This document shows, piece after piece, positions 1 through 7,721 of a stretch of 64,000 nt of DNA. The stretch is from a virus. Lineage: Duplodnaviria > Caudoviricetes. Every line of letters begins with the position of its first letter. Position 1 is the first letter of the stretch. The stretch is from positions 224,001 to 288,000 of the IMG/VR virus record IMGVR_UViG_3300015606_001334; one strand, 5' to 3'. The notes under the pieces were generated by a model that was not told the origin of the DNA, made no database searches, and saw only the letters and a list, made by a program, of their open reading frames with translations. The position numbers and the translations under genes are program-made.

Positions 1-251
1 TCATGGACCTTTTTCGCAGTAGTCATTGGACGACGCGAGGTGCGAGGATATTTCAAACAGATATCTGGAGAGAATCTCTCCTTCATTCCGCGATACACAA
101 TCCAATTCAGATTATTTGTCGCGTATCCTCCAATGATCTTCTCCCATTCTTTGCCACGCTCTTTGATCATTTCAGCGGCTTCTTCTGGAGAAATTTCATC
201 AGCTTGAAGGTAAGTTGATTCTTTAAGAAAGTCTTTAAATGTTAGCTTCAT
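1..251 (-). CDS. N-terminal part (runs off the window) of a putative ADP-ribosyltransferase-like internal head protein; paralog of 248..1132 and 23796..24434
   Basis: Not in the ORF track. Hand translation from the ATG at 251, which overlaps the stop of 248..1132: MKLTFKDFLKESTYLQADEISPEEAAEMIKERGKEWEKIIGGYATNNLNWIVYRGMKERFSPDICLKYPRTSRRPMTTAKKVH, open to the window edge. Confidence 0.75.
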   Translation of the reverse strand, partial: MKLTFKDFLKESTYLQADEISPEEAAEMIKERGKEWEKIIGGYATNNLNWIVYRGMKERFSPDICLKYPRTSRRPMTTAKKVH

Positions 252-1132
252 TTAATGTTCAATGTTCTTTTGATAAAACCAATTGATTCAGCCGAAACTA
301 GAATACATTTGTCGCCAATCCAGACTTCTTTATCGTTTGGTGCTTGGCTATAGAAATTTTGTGGAAGTAATGCTTTGAACTTTAGGTTTTGTGGAGAAAG
401 GGTTTTGTAGAGATAGTCAAGGAAAGTTTTGCCGTCAGAAATGCCAAACTTTTTAGCGAATTCTTTAGCACCCATATCCTCGTCTTTAATGAACGGGCTC
501 CATCCATTTTGTAGACTAGTGACTACACGCTCCATTCCGATTTCATCAATATTCTTGACGAAAATCTCAGGAGTGATAATGCCTACTTTGACTTTTTTAT
601 TTCCTGCTCCACGTGCATTGGTAAAAATTCGATTGATCATCGTAGAGATACCATCAACGTTTGCTTCTCTATCAAACACCTTAAAATTCAAATCAAAGAT
701 GTCATGTTGCGGAACTACACCTATGATTGTATTGTCAAATGGGAACACAACGTAAAGAGCTTCACCGTAGCCGGTAGCGTATTCTCTACTAGTGGAAGCG
801 ATCATTGCTTTGTTTCGCTTAGGAAGATCTGTTCCCTGAAAATCAGGGTGGGTGTCGATAATCATTCGATAGTAGTCATGAGTATTTTCGGTAGTACGAG
901 TTCCTTTATTGTACTGGACCTGAATGACTTCTGGGCCATCTGACATCCCACGGAAAATACCAAAATTAGTTTTGAAGAACTTGTCAGTAGCGTGCTTGCA
1001 GTTCTTGTTCAAAAGCTTCATTAGCTCTTTGACTTTTTCCTCAGAATCGATTTTGTCAAAGATGATCTTTTTTCTATTGACGCTATCTTTTACTGTAGCT
1101 TCAGCAAGGAACTCTTTAAACGTTAGCTTCAT
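248..1132 (-). CDS. Putative R-S-E-type ADP-ribosyltransferase-like protein with capsid-targeting-like N-terminus
   Basis: N-terminus MKLTFKEFLAE|A resembles the T4 IP capsid-targeting sequence. Motifs IFRGM, IASTSREYATGYG and KEVWI occur in ART order. Confidence 0.55.
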   Translation of the reverse strand: MKLTFKEFLAEATVKDSVNRKKIIFDKIDSEEKVKELMKLLNKNCKHATDKFFKTNFGIFRGMSDGPEVIQVQYNKGTRTTENTHDYYRMIIDTHPDFQGTDLPKRNKAMIASTSREYATGYGEALYVVFPFDNTIIGVVPQHDIFDLNFKVFDREANVDGISTMINRIFTNARGAGNKKVKVGIITPEIFVKNIDEIGMERVVTSLQNGWSPFIKDEDMGAKEFAKKFGISDGKTFLDYLYKTLSPQNLKFKALLPQNFYSQAPNDKEVWIGDKCILVSAESIGFIKRTLNIK

Positions 1133-1616
1133 CTTCCTGTTCCTGTGCTAGGTTGACGATAATGACTTTTGGTTTAAATCCAAGAGCGAAAGCCGCATTG
1201 CATCGAGTATTTCCAGAAAGGATCCACATTCCTTTCGCGCCCTTCACGATGATTGGCATTGGGAGTTTTTCTTCGTTCTTTATCCCGTTGGCAATACGAT
1301 CGACGTCTTTATGAGAGGAATAAGTCTTGACCAAGCTCTTAAGAGAACTAATGCTAGAAACAGACGACATACCTTGAACATGACTGACAAAAGATCTGTC
1401 AATCTCTCGGATTTCTCCCGCTTCTACCTTCTCCCTAAAATCATCGAAGTCAGTAAACAGTGGGGACTGGAGCAGTATAATACGGGCACGATTCTCCCAT
1501 TTGTCCTGCTTTCGCTGGAACTGGGCAAAGTCGTCCTTCAAGGTCTTCACAGAAGGGAAGACCCAAGGCTTGTATGTCTTGAGCTCTGAAGACTCGTATA
1601 GTTGGATTAGATGCAT
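1116..1616 (-). CDS. ParB/sulfiredoxin-like domain protein with capsid-targeting-like N-terminus
   Basis: C-terminal PMPIIVK..MWILSGNTRCNAAFALG matches the ParB-N/Srx pattern. Starts MHLIQLYE|S; late promoter upstream. Confidence 0.55.
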   Translation of the reverse strand: MHLIQLYESSELKTYKPWVFPSVKTLKDDFAQFQRKQDKWENRARIILLQSPLFTDFDDFREKVEAGEIREIDRSFVSHVQGMSSVSSISSLKSLVKTYSSHKDVDRIANGIKNEEKLPMPIIVKGAKGMWILSGNTRCNAAFALGFKPKVIIVNLAQEQEDEANV

Positions 1617-1646
1617 TTAAGGACTCTAAGTCAAAATTGTCTGAAG

Positions 1647-1653
1647 TATTTAT
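1647..1653 (-). promoter_or_regulatory. Late promoter (ATAAATA)
   Basis: ATAAATA on the minus strand about 30 nt upstream of 1616. The same motif precedes most structural genes (T4 late consensus is TATAAATA). Confidence 0.6.
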
Positions 1654-1681
1654 TTACAACTGACCAACTATGTGATAAAAT
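1653..1681 (+). promoter_or_regulatory. Sigma70-like early/middle promoter
   Basis: TTTACA-17 bp-TAAAAT. Confidence 0.7.
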
Positions 1682-1704
1682 CAGGCAAAAGCGGAGGTGT
1701 AAAC

Positions 1705-1953
1705 ATGGCAATCATTGACGTAATCAACGAGCTCGACAAAGACAACGTAAACGAAGAACAGATCGGAAGGATCCTTCGTGAGCTGAAGGAAAATGGTATT
1801 GGAGTCGAGTACTACTTTGTTGACCGGCAAAAGCTTTGGCAGACTGTGATCAGTTGTGGAAACGATCTTCAGTACTTCGGGTCAGGCAAGACTTTGGCTC
1901 TTGCCTTGTCGAACGGACTAAGCGACTGGTTTATGGAGTACGACTGCGAGTAG
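1705..1953 (+). CDS. Hypothetical protein
   Basis: ORF with GGAGG SD before the ATG at 1705, downstream of a promoter. Confidence 0.75.
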   Translation: MAIIDVINELDKDNVNEEQIGRILRELKENGIGVEYYFVDRQKLWQTVISCGNDLQYFGSGKTLALALSNGLSDWFMEYDCE

Positions 1954-2727
1954 TTAGAACCACTTACGCAGTAGTTCGATAATATCGCTCTTGCTGACGA
2001 TGTCAGTGAGGGCTTTTTTCTTTTCGGCCTTCAGTTGGTCAAGATACTCTTTACCCTTAGGATTCTTGACTGGAGAGCTAAAGAATGCTTCTGCTTGTTT
2101 CTGGATTTTCTTGATAGTTACTTCGTCGATGAATCCGTCATTCTTTATTTGGGTGTAGAAGTCAAGAAGCTCCTGGTTTCCTGAAGCCTGGTCGAAAAGC
2201 ATGTCCTGATATTTCTTAGCATTCACTACCAGCTTGCGATAAGAATCATAGACATGCTCAGACGAGATGTGACGATGTTTGTCCTTATTCTTTCCATATC
2301 GGCGAGCAATGACCCTCTTCAACGCGTCTTCGATGTCAGCATTTATGTAGACCATACCAACGTCGTAACCAAGGTCACGTAGCATTTTAATGCGGGCCTT
2401 TGTTCTGTCGATATCGTCCCCGACCACGTTAATCACCATCGGCAACATTCCACTGACGTAGTTGATAAGTTCTTCAGTCGTTACCCTCTTACCAATCTCG
2501 CGAGCACGACGTTTACCCGCTGCGTCGCCTTCTTTACCAAGATCGAGGTTATATTTCTCTGAATAGAACTCGATAGGGTAATCCACGTCAATATGTTTTG
2601 CGTAGAATTTTAGAGGGGTAGAGATGGTGGACTTGCCAGAAGCAGCAACACCAACAACAAATAAAGCCTTGAAGACGAATTTGTCGTTTATGCCCTCTGT
2701 AAGTTGGTGAAAGCTCTTGAAGTTCAT
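1954..2727 (-). CDS. P-loop kinase (zeta-toxin/AAA_33-like) with capsid-targeting-like N-terminus
   Basis: Walker A GVAASGKST; LRDLGYDVGMVYIN and ALKRVIAR pattern; N-terminus MNFKSFHQLTE|G. Confidence 0.7.
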   Translation of the reverse strand: MNFKSFHQLTEGINDKFVFKALFVVGVAASGKSTISTPLKFYAKHIDVDYPIEFYSEKYNLDLGKEGDAAGKRRAREIGKRVTTEELINYVSGMLPMVINVVGDDIDRTKARIKMLRDLGYDVGMVYINADIEDALKRVIARRYGKNKDKHRHISSEHVYDSYRKLVVNAKKYQDMLFDQASGNQELLDFYTQIKNDGFIDEVTIKKIQKQAEAFFSSPVKNPKGKEYLDQLKAEKKKALTDIVSKSDIIELLRKWF

Positions 2728-3119
2728 GATAAGTCGGCCACAGTCTTTTTGTAAAGGTCGGTAATTTGTTTGATTCTCTTACCAAACATTTGCTTGCCTT
2801 GATCGTTACAGAAATTATCAATACGTGGAGTAACGTATTGTAGGAATTGATAGGTCCACTTGAGCAAATGAGGAATGACTTTAGGATTCTTGACAGTCAC
2901 CAAGCCAACTTCACTCATGAGGTCGCCGATCTTTTTACCATTCAGGATTGGACTACGGAATTGCTTCATCATAGCTTCGAGCTCTTTGTTAGCAGCTTCG
3001 TCTTTTCCGTAGGTATTTAGCTTAGCAGTATTAAGAGTGGTGAACCACATAATCTCATTGAGCATTTCAATATAGCCCTTGAGGTCTTTGGTCGCTTCAA
3101 ATAAAGTTTCTAATCTCAT
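2724..3119 (-). CDS. Hypothetical protein with capsid-targeting-like N-terminus
   Basis: MRLETLFE|A; ATGA-coupled to both neighbours. Confidence 0.75.
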   Translation of the reverse strand: MRLETLFEATKDLKGYIEMLNEIMWFTTLNTAKLNTYGKDEAANKELEAMMKQFRSPILNGKKIGDLMSEVGLVTVKNPKVIPHLLKWTYQFLQYVTPRIDNFCNDQGKQMFGKRIKQITDLYKKTVADLS

Positions 3120-3145
3120 AGGAATCTTTCTAGTCCTGCGTCAAT
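3116..3145. repeat. 30-bp perfect direct repeat, copy 1 (copy 2 at 4928..4957)
   Basis: tcataggaatctttctagtcctgcgtcaat is identical at both sites. It encodes IDAGLERFL-stop plus the next ATG. Confidence 0.9.
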
Positions 3146-3679
3146 AAATCTGTCCTGAACTTCTAGAATATCATCTCCATCTTCAAAACCGAACTTCACT
3201 AGCAAGAACGCCTTTTTAAAGTCAGGATCGATAGAAGATGTTCCACCACTAACAAGTATACCACCTCGAATATTTTTTATTCTCAGTAGATCTAAAAGAC
3301 CAGAAGTAGTTTCTTTGCTGATGTAGAAAATATTGCATTCAGTTACTCGTTTGTAAATCCCCTTTAAGCTCATCTTGAAGTCAAACTGAAGGTTGTAATC
3401 GCAACGATAAGGGAGAAAATCGAATTTGGTAAATGAATTAGTGTTGTCGAATTCTATTTCTCCAACAGAACCAAACTTCCATTCTGGAATGTCTTCGTCA
3501 GAAATCCCACCGAAGACTGCTCTAGAATCTTTGTTTAGATTGAGCTCGCCATTCTCAAATGAGAAATGTGATGCATTTTTCAAATCAAAATTCTTAAGGT
3601 GTAGTTTTAACCAAGAAACCACGTCTTCTGGGATATGCGCCCAAGGATTTGACGCTTCAAAAAGATTTTTTATTTTCAT
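3116..3679 (-). CDS. LRR-like paralog family member with C-terminal QDxxIDAG motif
   Basis: MKIKNLFE|A ... SLKGIYKRV ... DILEVQDRFIDAGLERFL. Confidence 0.75.
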   Translation of the reverse strand: MKIKNLFEASNPWAHIPEDVVSWLKLHLKNFDLKNASHFSFENGELNLNKDSRAVFGGISDEDIPEWKFGSVGEIEFDNTNSFTKFDFLPYRCDYNLQFDFKMSLKGIYKRVTECNIFYISKETTSGLLDLLRIKNIRGGILVSGGTSSIDPDFKKAFLLVKFGFEDGDDILEVQDRFIDAGLERFL

Positions 3680-4368
3680 GCAAATTGCTCAAATCCATTG
3701 TCTATCAAATGATCCTGAAGATCAAGAATATCTCGTTCGTCTCTATGAGTTGAATCTAAGTAGCTATTTACAGCATCAGTCACCTTAATGTTTCCAGCAA
3801 ATTCAACTCTGTCTAGATTCTTTATTCCTGCGAGGTAAGAAACATTTCGTAAACAGTCTTCTGATCCACTGAAATAAAGTTCACCACAAGATTCAATCAC
3901 TTTATGGATGTTCTTTAGTGATTTTATTCCAGTTCCATCTTGCTGATATCGTGTCATATGGTTAGGGAACCAAGAAGGGAACTCAGTAAGAGTTTCACAA
4001 GTTCCATAAACGCCGAAATCGTAAATTTCTTCACCACGTTTAAACTTGAACGGTGGAGCGCCAGCAATGTCATAGATGTAAATGGTAATGCCAAGCCCGT
4101 ATTCGCAGTCAAGAAACTCACCGTTAAATCTTACCTGCTTTAGATCGTCTTTATTGTTGTGGAGAAATTTATCTCTTTCGGACTGATCCATCTTTCTTTC
4201 AAGATAATACTTAGCGATCTTCTGCATATTCTTGCTCTTTGCGTTCTTATAGAACTCAGCAAACTTAGGACGATCATTCCCATTTAGGTTGCCGTAGAGT
4301 AGATTCGCAAGAATGTAATCTTCAAAGATTTCTTCCTGTGTAGATTCAAGTAAAGTATTCAGTTTCAT
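3676..4368 (-). CDS. LRR-like paralog family member
   Basis: MKLNTLLE|S ... IKSLKNIHKVIESC ... DILDLQDHLIDNGFEQFA. Confidence 0.75.
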   Translation of the reverse strand: MKLNTLLESTQEEIFEDYILANLLYGNLNGNDRPKFAEFYKNAKSKNMQKIAKYYLERKMDQSERDKFLHNNKDDLKQVRFNGEFLDCEYGLGITIYIYDIAGAPPFKFKRGEEIYDFGVYGTCETLTEFPSWFPNHMTRYQQDGTGIKSLKNIHKVIESCGELYFSGSEDCLRNVSYLAGIKNLDRVEFAGNIKVTDAVNSYLDSTHRDERDILDLQDHLIDNGFEQFA

Positions 4369-4931
4369 TAGCAGAATTCCTTAAAGCCAGCGTCATGAAG
4401 GGCTTCTTGACAGTCAAAAATATCTTTGCCTTCTCTTACATGACTCTGGACTATAGCAAATGCCCCGCCAAGTTTAGGATTTGCGGACCCATTTAGAAAA
4501 ACTTCCTTTAGACCCTTCACCTTCATTATTTCAAGAAGTCCAGAACGAATATCTCTAGGGAGAGTTAGCTTCTCGCATGAGACGATTCCCTTTGAAAGTC
4601 CTTTTAGGTCTTTTGGAATGCTTGCACCTTTCTTAAACTCGATATGCTTGCACTCGCTTGGTAGAATATCAAAGTTGTTAAGAGTAACTGAACCGTCTAG
4701 AATGAAAAGTTGGACTTTACCAAAACGAACGCTTTCAGGAAGCTTGTCATAAGGTTCCTCATAGTCATGAATGTGAATAAAGGTTCTAGATGTTACGATA
4801 CGTCCTCTGAAGGTTCCAAACTCTTCATTGGTTTTTATGTCGGCGGCGTGAACGAAGGTTAGCAACCACTTCTTCTGTTCTTCAGATAATGGGGCGGATC
4901 GGCTCTCTACTTTAATTTCAGTCAATTTCAT
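4368..4931 (-). CDS. LRR-like paralog family member
   Basis: MKLTEIKVE|S ... DLKGLSKGIVSC ... DIFDCQEALHDAGFKEFC. Confidence 0.75.
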   Translation of the reverse strand: MKLTEIKVESRSAPLSEEQKKWLLTFVHAADIKTNEEFGTFRGRIVTSRTFIHIHDYEEPYDKLPESVRFGKVQLFILDGSVTLNNFDILPSECKHIEFKKGASIPKDLKGLSKGIVSCEKLTLPRDIRSGLLEIMKVKGLKEVFLNGSANPKLGGAFAIVQSHVREGKDIFDCQEALHDAGFKEFC

Positions 4932-4957
4932 AGGAATCTTTCTAGTCCTGCGTCAAT
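4928..4957. repeat. 30-bp perfect direct repeat, copy 2
   Basis: Identical to 3116..3145. Confidence 0.9.
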
Positions 4958-5530
4958 GAACATATCTTGAATGTCTAGAACATCAAGATTTTCTTTCTTG
5001 CCTTTTTGTAGTAGTTTGACTGCGTTAAACAATTCGCGATTCTCAGCTACAGTTATGTTGTTTCTTATCGCCCCAAGCTTTTGGATTCGCGCTACATCCA
5101 ATAGTCCGTTCTTGACGTTCTTTCCGATGTAAAGCTCTTTGACTTCTTTAACCGCCTTGTGTATACCTTTTAAAGTCTGGACTTTCGAATTTAGGAACAT
5201 AAGGATAGAACATTTCTCCGGCAGCCAAGAGAAATCGGTAAATTCGCAAGAGTTGTCAAATCCTACCCAGCCAGCCTCCTTGATCTTAAAAGGAGGGAGA
5301 AACAGATCAGTCACTTTTCTGAAATAAAGAGAGGTAGTTTGATACGCGCAGAAGGAACCGTCTTTTTCGTCTACCCAATAATTCTTGTGGTCGTACGGAG
5401 TATAGTCAGCAGAACCCTTATGTGTAAATCGAGTCAGGTATCTGACCATTTCTTTAGTTGGAGGAGTCTCTCGACCTTGAGCCTTAGGCCATCTTCTAGC
5501 TTCAGCTTCGAATAATTCCATAGCCTTCAT
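4928..5530 (-). CDS. LRR-like paralog family member
   Basis: MKAMELFE|A ... TLKGIHKAVKEV ... DVLDIQDMFIDAGLERFL. Confidence 0.75.
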   Translation of the reverse strand: MKAMELFEAEARRWPKAQGRETPPTKEMVRYLTRFTHKGSADYTPYDHKNYWVDEKDGSFCAYQTTSLYFRKVTDLFLPPFKIKEAGWVGFDNSCEFTDFSWLPEKCSILMFLNSKVQTLKGIHKAVKEVKELYIGKNVKNGLLDVARIQKLGAIRNNITVAENRELFNAVKLLQKGKKENLDVLDIQDMFIDAGLERFL

Positions 5531-6033
5531 TTAGACTTCCTTTCACCGGTCTTCTTATTTGGTTTGGTTCCATTTGAGGCACGGGTTCTTTTTGTCTTGT
5601 TCGCTGGCTTTCTACCACCAGCAAAGATTGACTGTTCGGTCAAGACACGGAATTTCATGCCGTTTGCTGCACAGAACGCCTCAGCTGCTTGCCACTTCGC
5701 ATGGTTAACCATAATTGCGAGCTTATCGTAATTGGAGCTACGTTCAGTAAGGACTGATTCCTTCAATGGCTTTACCTCAACCAATTCCTTGATAAGGTTA
5801 CCTTCTTTGTCCTTGTAGACGACGATAAAATCTGGGAAATAGTAATGGACTTTTCCGTCTGTAGGCTTTACATAAGGGATCTTGATTTCTTCTGATCCCC
5901 ATTTGTAGACACTTGGATGACTATCAAAAAATTTACAAACAGAAAGTTCCCAAGAACTTCTACAGAAGATGTTTCCTGGGTTGCCAAGGTATTTCCCTGG
6001 ATTTTTAGGTATGAATCTAGCTCTAAGTGCCAT
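5527..6033 (-). CDS. gp4: Head completion nuclease, T4 gp4-like
   Basis: PKNPGKYLG, RSSWE, KWGSEEIKIPY, HYYFPDF, EVKP and KWQAA motifs. Confidence 0.85.
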   Translation of the reverse strand: MALRARFIPKNPGKYLGNPGNIFCRSSWELSVCKFFDSHPSVYKWGSEEIKIPYVKPTDGKVHYYFPDFIVVYKDKEGNLIKELVEVKPLKESVLTERSSNYDKLAIMVNHAKWQAAEAFCAANGMKFRVLTEQSIFAGGRKPANKTKRTRASNGTKPNKKTGERKSK

Positions 6034-7211
6034 TATGGAATAATCTTATCAGACTGATCAGCCGGGTTGGAAGGATTAGAAGCCGCAGGTTCTGAAGGCT
6101 TCGCAATTGAGTTATTTATTCCTTGTGCTGCGGTGCGCAACGTATCTCTACCAATTGCGGTCGTTACTCGGCCAGCCATCGCTCCAGCAAATCCTGAGAG
6201 CTCGGATCCGACGAAAGGTATCTTGCTGACGGCCTTACCGATGATGCTTGATGCCATACCACCAGCCATTCTTGTGCCTGCGTTGATCACCGAATCGAAC
6301 AAAGAGTTCTTCATTGTGTCAGCTGCGGTCAAACCACCAGATTTTCCAGGACGGTTGCCCAAAATATCGGTCTTTCCCCACTGAGGAGATGGAGTTCCGT
6401 TGGTGTTTCGCATCTCAGAGACATGAAGAGAATCGTAGTCAAATTGGACAGTTAGACCATTTCCTTCACCAGTTTCATGATTCACTTCGTCAAAGTCGAA
6501 GCGGCTGATACGTGGGTTGTTGAAGGTGTACTCACACATTCTAGTACCATGTGCGAAGATCTGACGAATTACGATGGCTTGCAAACAGTTGTAAGCATCT
6601 CCAAATAGGACGCCTCGAGTTGCAGTGTCCATCTGATTCTCAAGAAGAGGGAACGAGAAGTTCATACCTGACTGCTGAGCTTGTCTCACATCTAGGCCGG
6701 TCGGAAAGTCGCTTCTTGAGATTGGGGAGAATGCTTTGCGATACGCGTTGAAGAAGTCGGTAGTGTTGTTGCCGATGTCGTCAATGAAGGTCATCGAAAG
6801 AGGTTCATGACGAATTTCTTTCAATACCTTGGTTCTAAAATTGTAGTAGTTGACGTCTTCGTAGACGAACTCAACTTTAGGTCTGTCGATCATCTTTACT
6901 AGGAAGGTAAAGGCGTTCTTCTCGCGACCTCCCATCAACTTGTCAGAGTATCGTGGATCAAATTTGAAATCCACCTTGAACATGAAGCGATGCTTTGGTG
7001 CATACTGAACAAGGTCGGCAGCATACTTTGTGGATTGCCATCTGCCCGAGAACGGTGCTGCACCCTCTCCTTCTTCATTTCCTACGACACTCTTAAGAAT
7101 GTCACCACCAATCGCTCCAATGGCTCTGCCACCAAAGTCGCGCACTGCGCCGCCGAACATGTCGTATGCGCTTTTTTCTAAATTTAGGTTTACACCCGGC
7201 AAGAGACTCAT
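6033..7211 (-). CDS. Tail-tube-fold baseplate/tube initiator protein (gp54/gp19-like)
   Basis: APKHRFMFKV, IDRPKVEF, PLSMTFIDD and LTVQFDYD tube-fold pattern; late promoter at 7239..7245. Confidence 0.6.
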   Translation of the reverse strand: MSLLPGVNLNLEKSAYDMFGGAVRDFGGRAIGAIGGDILKSVVGNEEGEGAAPFSGRWQSTKYAADLVQYAPKHRFMFKVDFKFDPRYSDKLMGGREKNAFTFLVKMIDRPKVEFVYEDVNYYNFRTKVLKEIRHEPLSMTFIDDIGNNTTDFFNAYRKAFSPISRSDFPTGLDVRQAQQSGMNFSFPLLENQMDTATRGVLFGDAYNCLQAIVIRQIFAHGTRMCEYTFNNPRISRFDFDEVNHETGEGNGLTVQFDYDSLHVSEMRNTNGTPSPQWGKTDILGNRPGKSGGLTAADTMKNSLFDSVINAGTRMAGGMASSIIGKAVSKIPFVGSELSGFAGAMAGRVTTAIGRDTLRTAAQGINNSIAKPSEPAASNPSNPADQSDKIIP

Positions 7212-7271
7212 TGTTAGTCCTTAAAATAAAGTTTAGAGTATTTATTGGAAAAGGTCAAATGCAAAAACACG

Positions 7272-7300
7272 TTTACTTTCTTGAGATTTCAGTGTACAAT
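7272..7300 (+). promoter_or_regulatory. Sigma70-like promoter for the HNH-rIIA-rIIB unit
   Basis: gTTTACT-17 bp-TACAAT. Confidence 0.65.
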
Positions 7301-7307
7301 TCATAGA

Positions 7308-7712
7308 ATGAAGTTACTTACGCGCGAACAATTTAAGGAACAGGTGTTTGCAAGATCTGGTGGGAAGTGTGTCTTTTGCGACAAACCTGCCATTGATCCC
7401 CACCATATCCTCGACCGTAAGCTTTTCCCAAATGGCGGCTACTATTTGAGCAACGGCGCGGCTGTCTGCGAAGAGCACCATCTGATGTGCGAGTATACTT
7501 TAATCTCTGTTGAAGAAGTTCGTGAAAAAGCAGGGATAGATAAAGATGAACATGTTCTCCCTCCAGGCTTCATCCATCACGTCCATTACGACAAATGGGG
7601 AAATCTCTGTAATATCGACGGGACCAGATCGGCTGGACCATTGATTGGAGATGATGGATGCCTTAAGGCACTAAAAGCCAAAGGGATGATCAGACTTTTT
7701 AACCGATACTAA
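7308..7712 (+). CDS. HNH endonuclease domain protein
   Basis: CVFC..DPHHI..SNGAAVCEEHH. The ATG at 7308 is preferred over the TTG at 7245. Confidence 0.8.
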   Translation: MKLLTREQFKEQVFARSGGKCVFCDKPAIDPHHILDRKLFPNGGYYLSNGAAVCEEHHLMCEYTLISVEEVREKAGIDKDEHVLPPGFIHHVHYDKWGNLCNIDGTRSAGPLIGDDGCLKALKAKGMIRLFNRY

Positions 7713-7721
7713 GGAAGAAAA

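Noticed and set aside
3-218. Plus-strand 71-aa ORF in the track
   Set aside because: Shadow of the minus-strand gene starting at 251, which has paralogs and a coupled start.
1954-2727. P-loop kinase as the 5-hmU DNA kinase of the modification pathway
   Set aside because: It lies about 30 kb from the cluster in a late, leader-bearing run and looks zeta-toxin/AAA_33-like. It cannot be excluded, but nothing supports it.
3116-5530. Diversity-generating retroelement or shufflon as the cause of the paralog array
   Set aside because: No reverse transcriptase or site-specific recombinase in the window. The C-termini are conserved rather than adenine-mutated, and the repeats are direct, not inverted.
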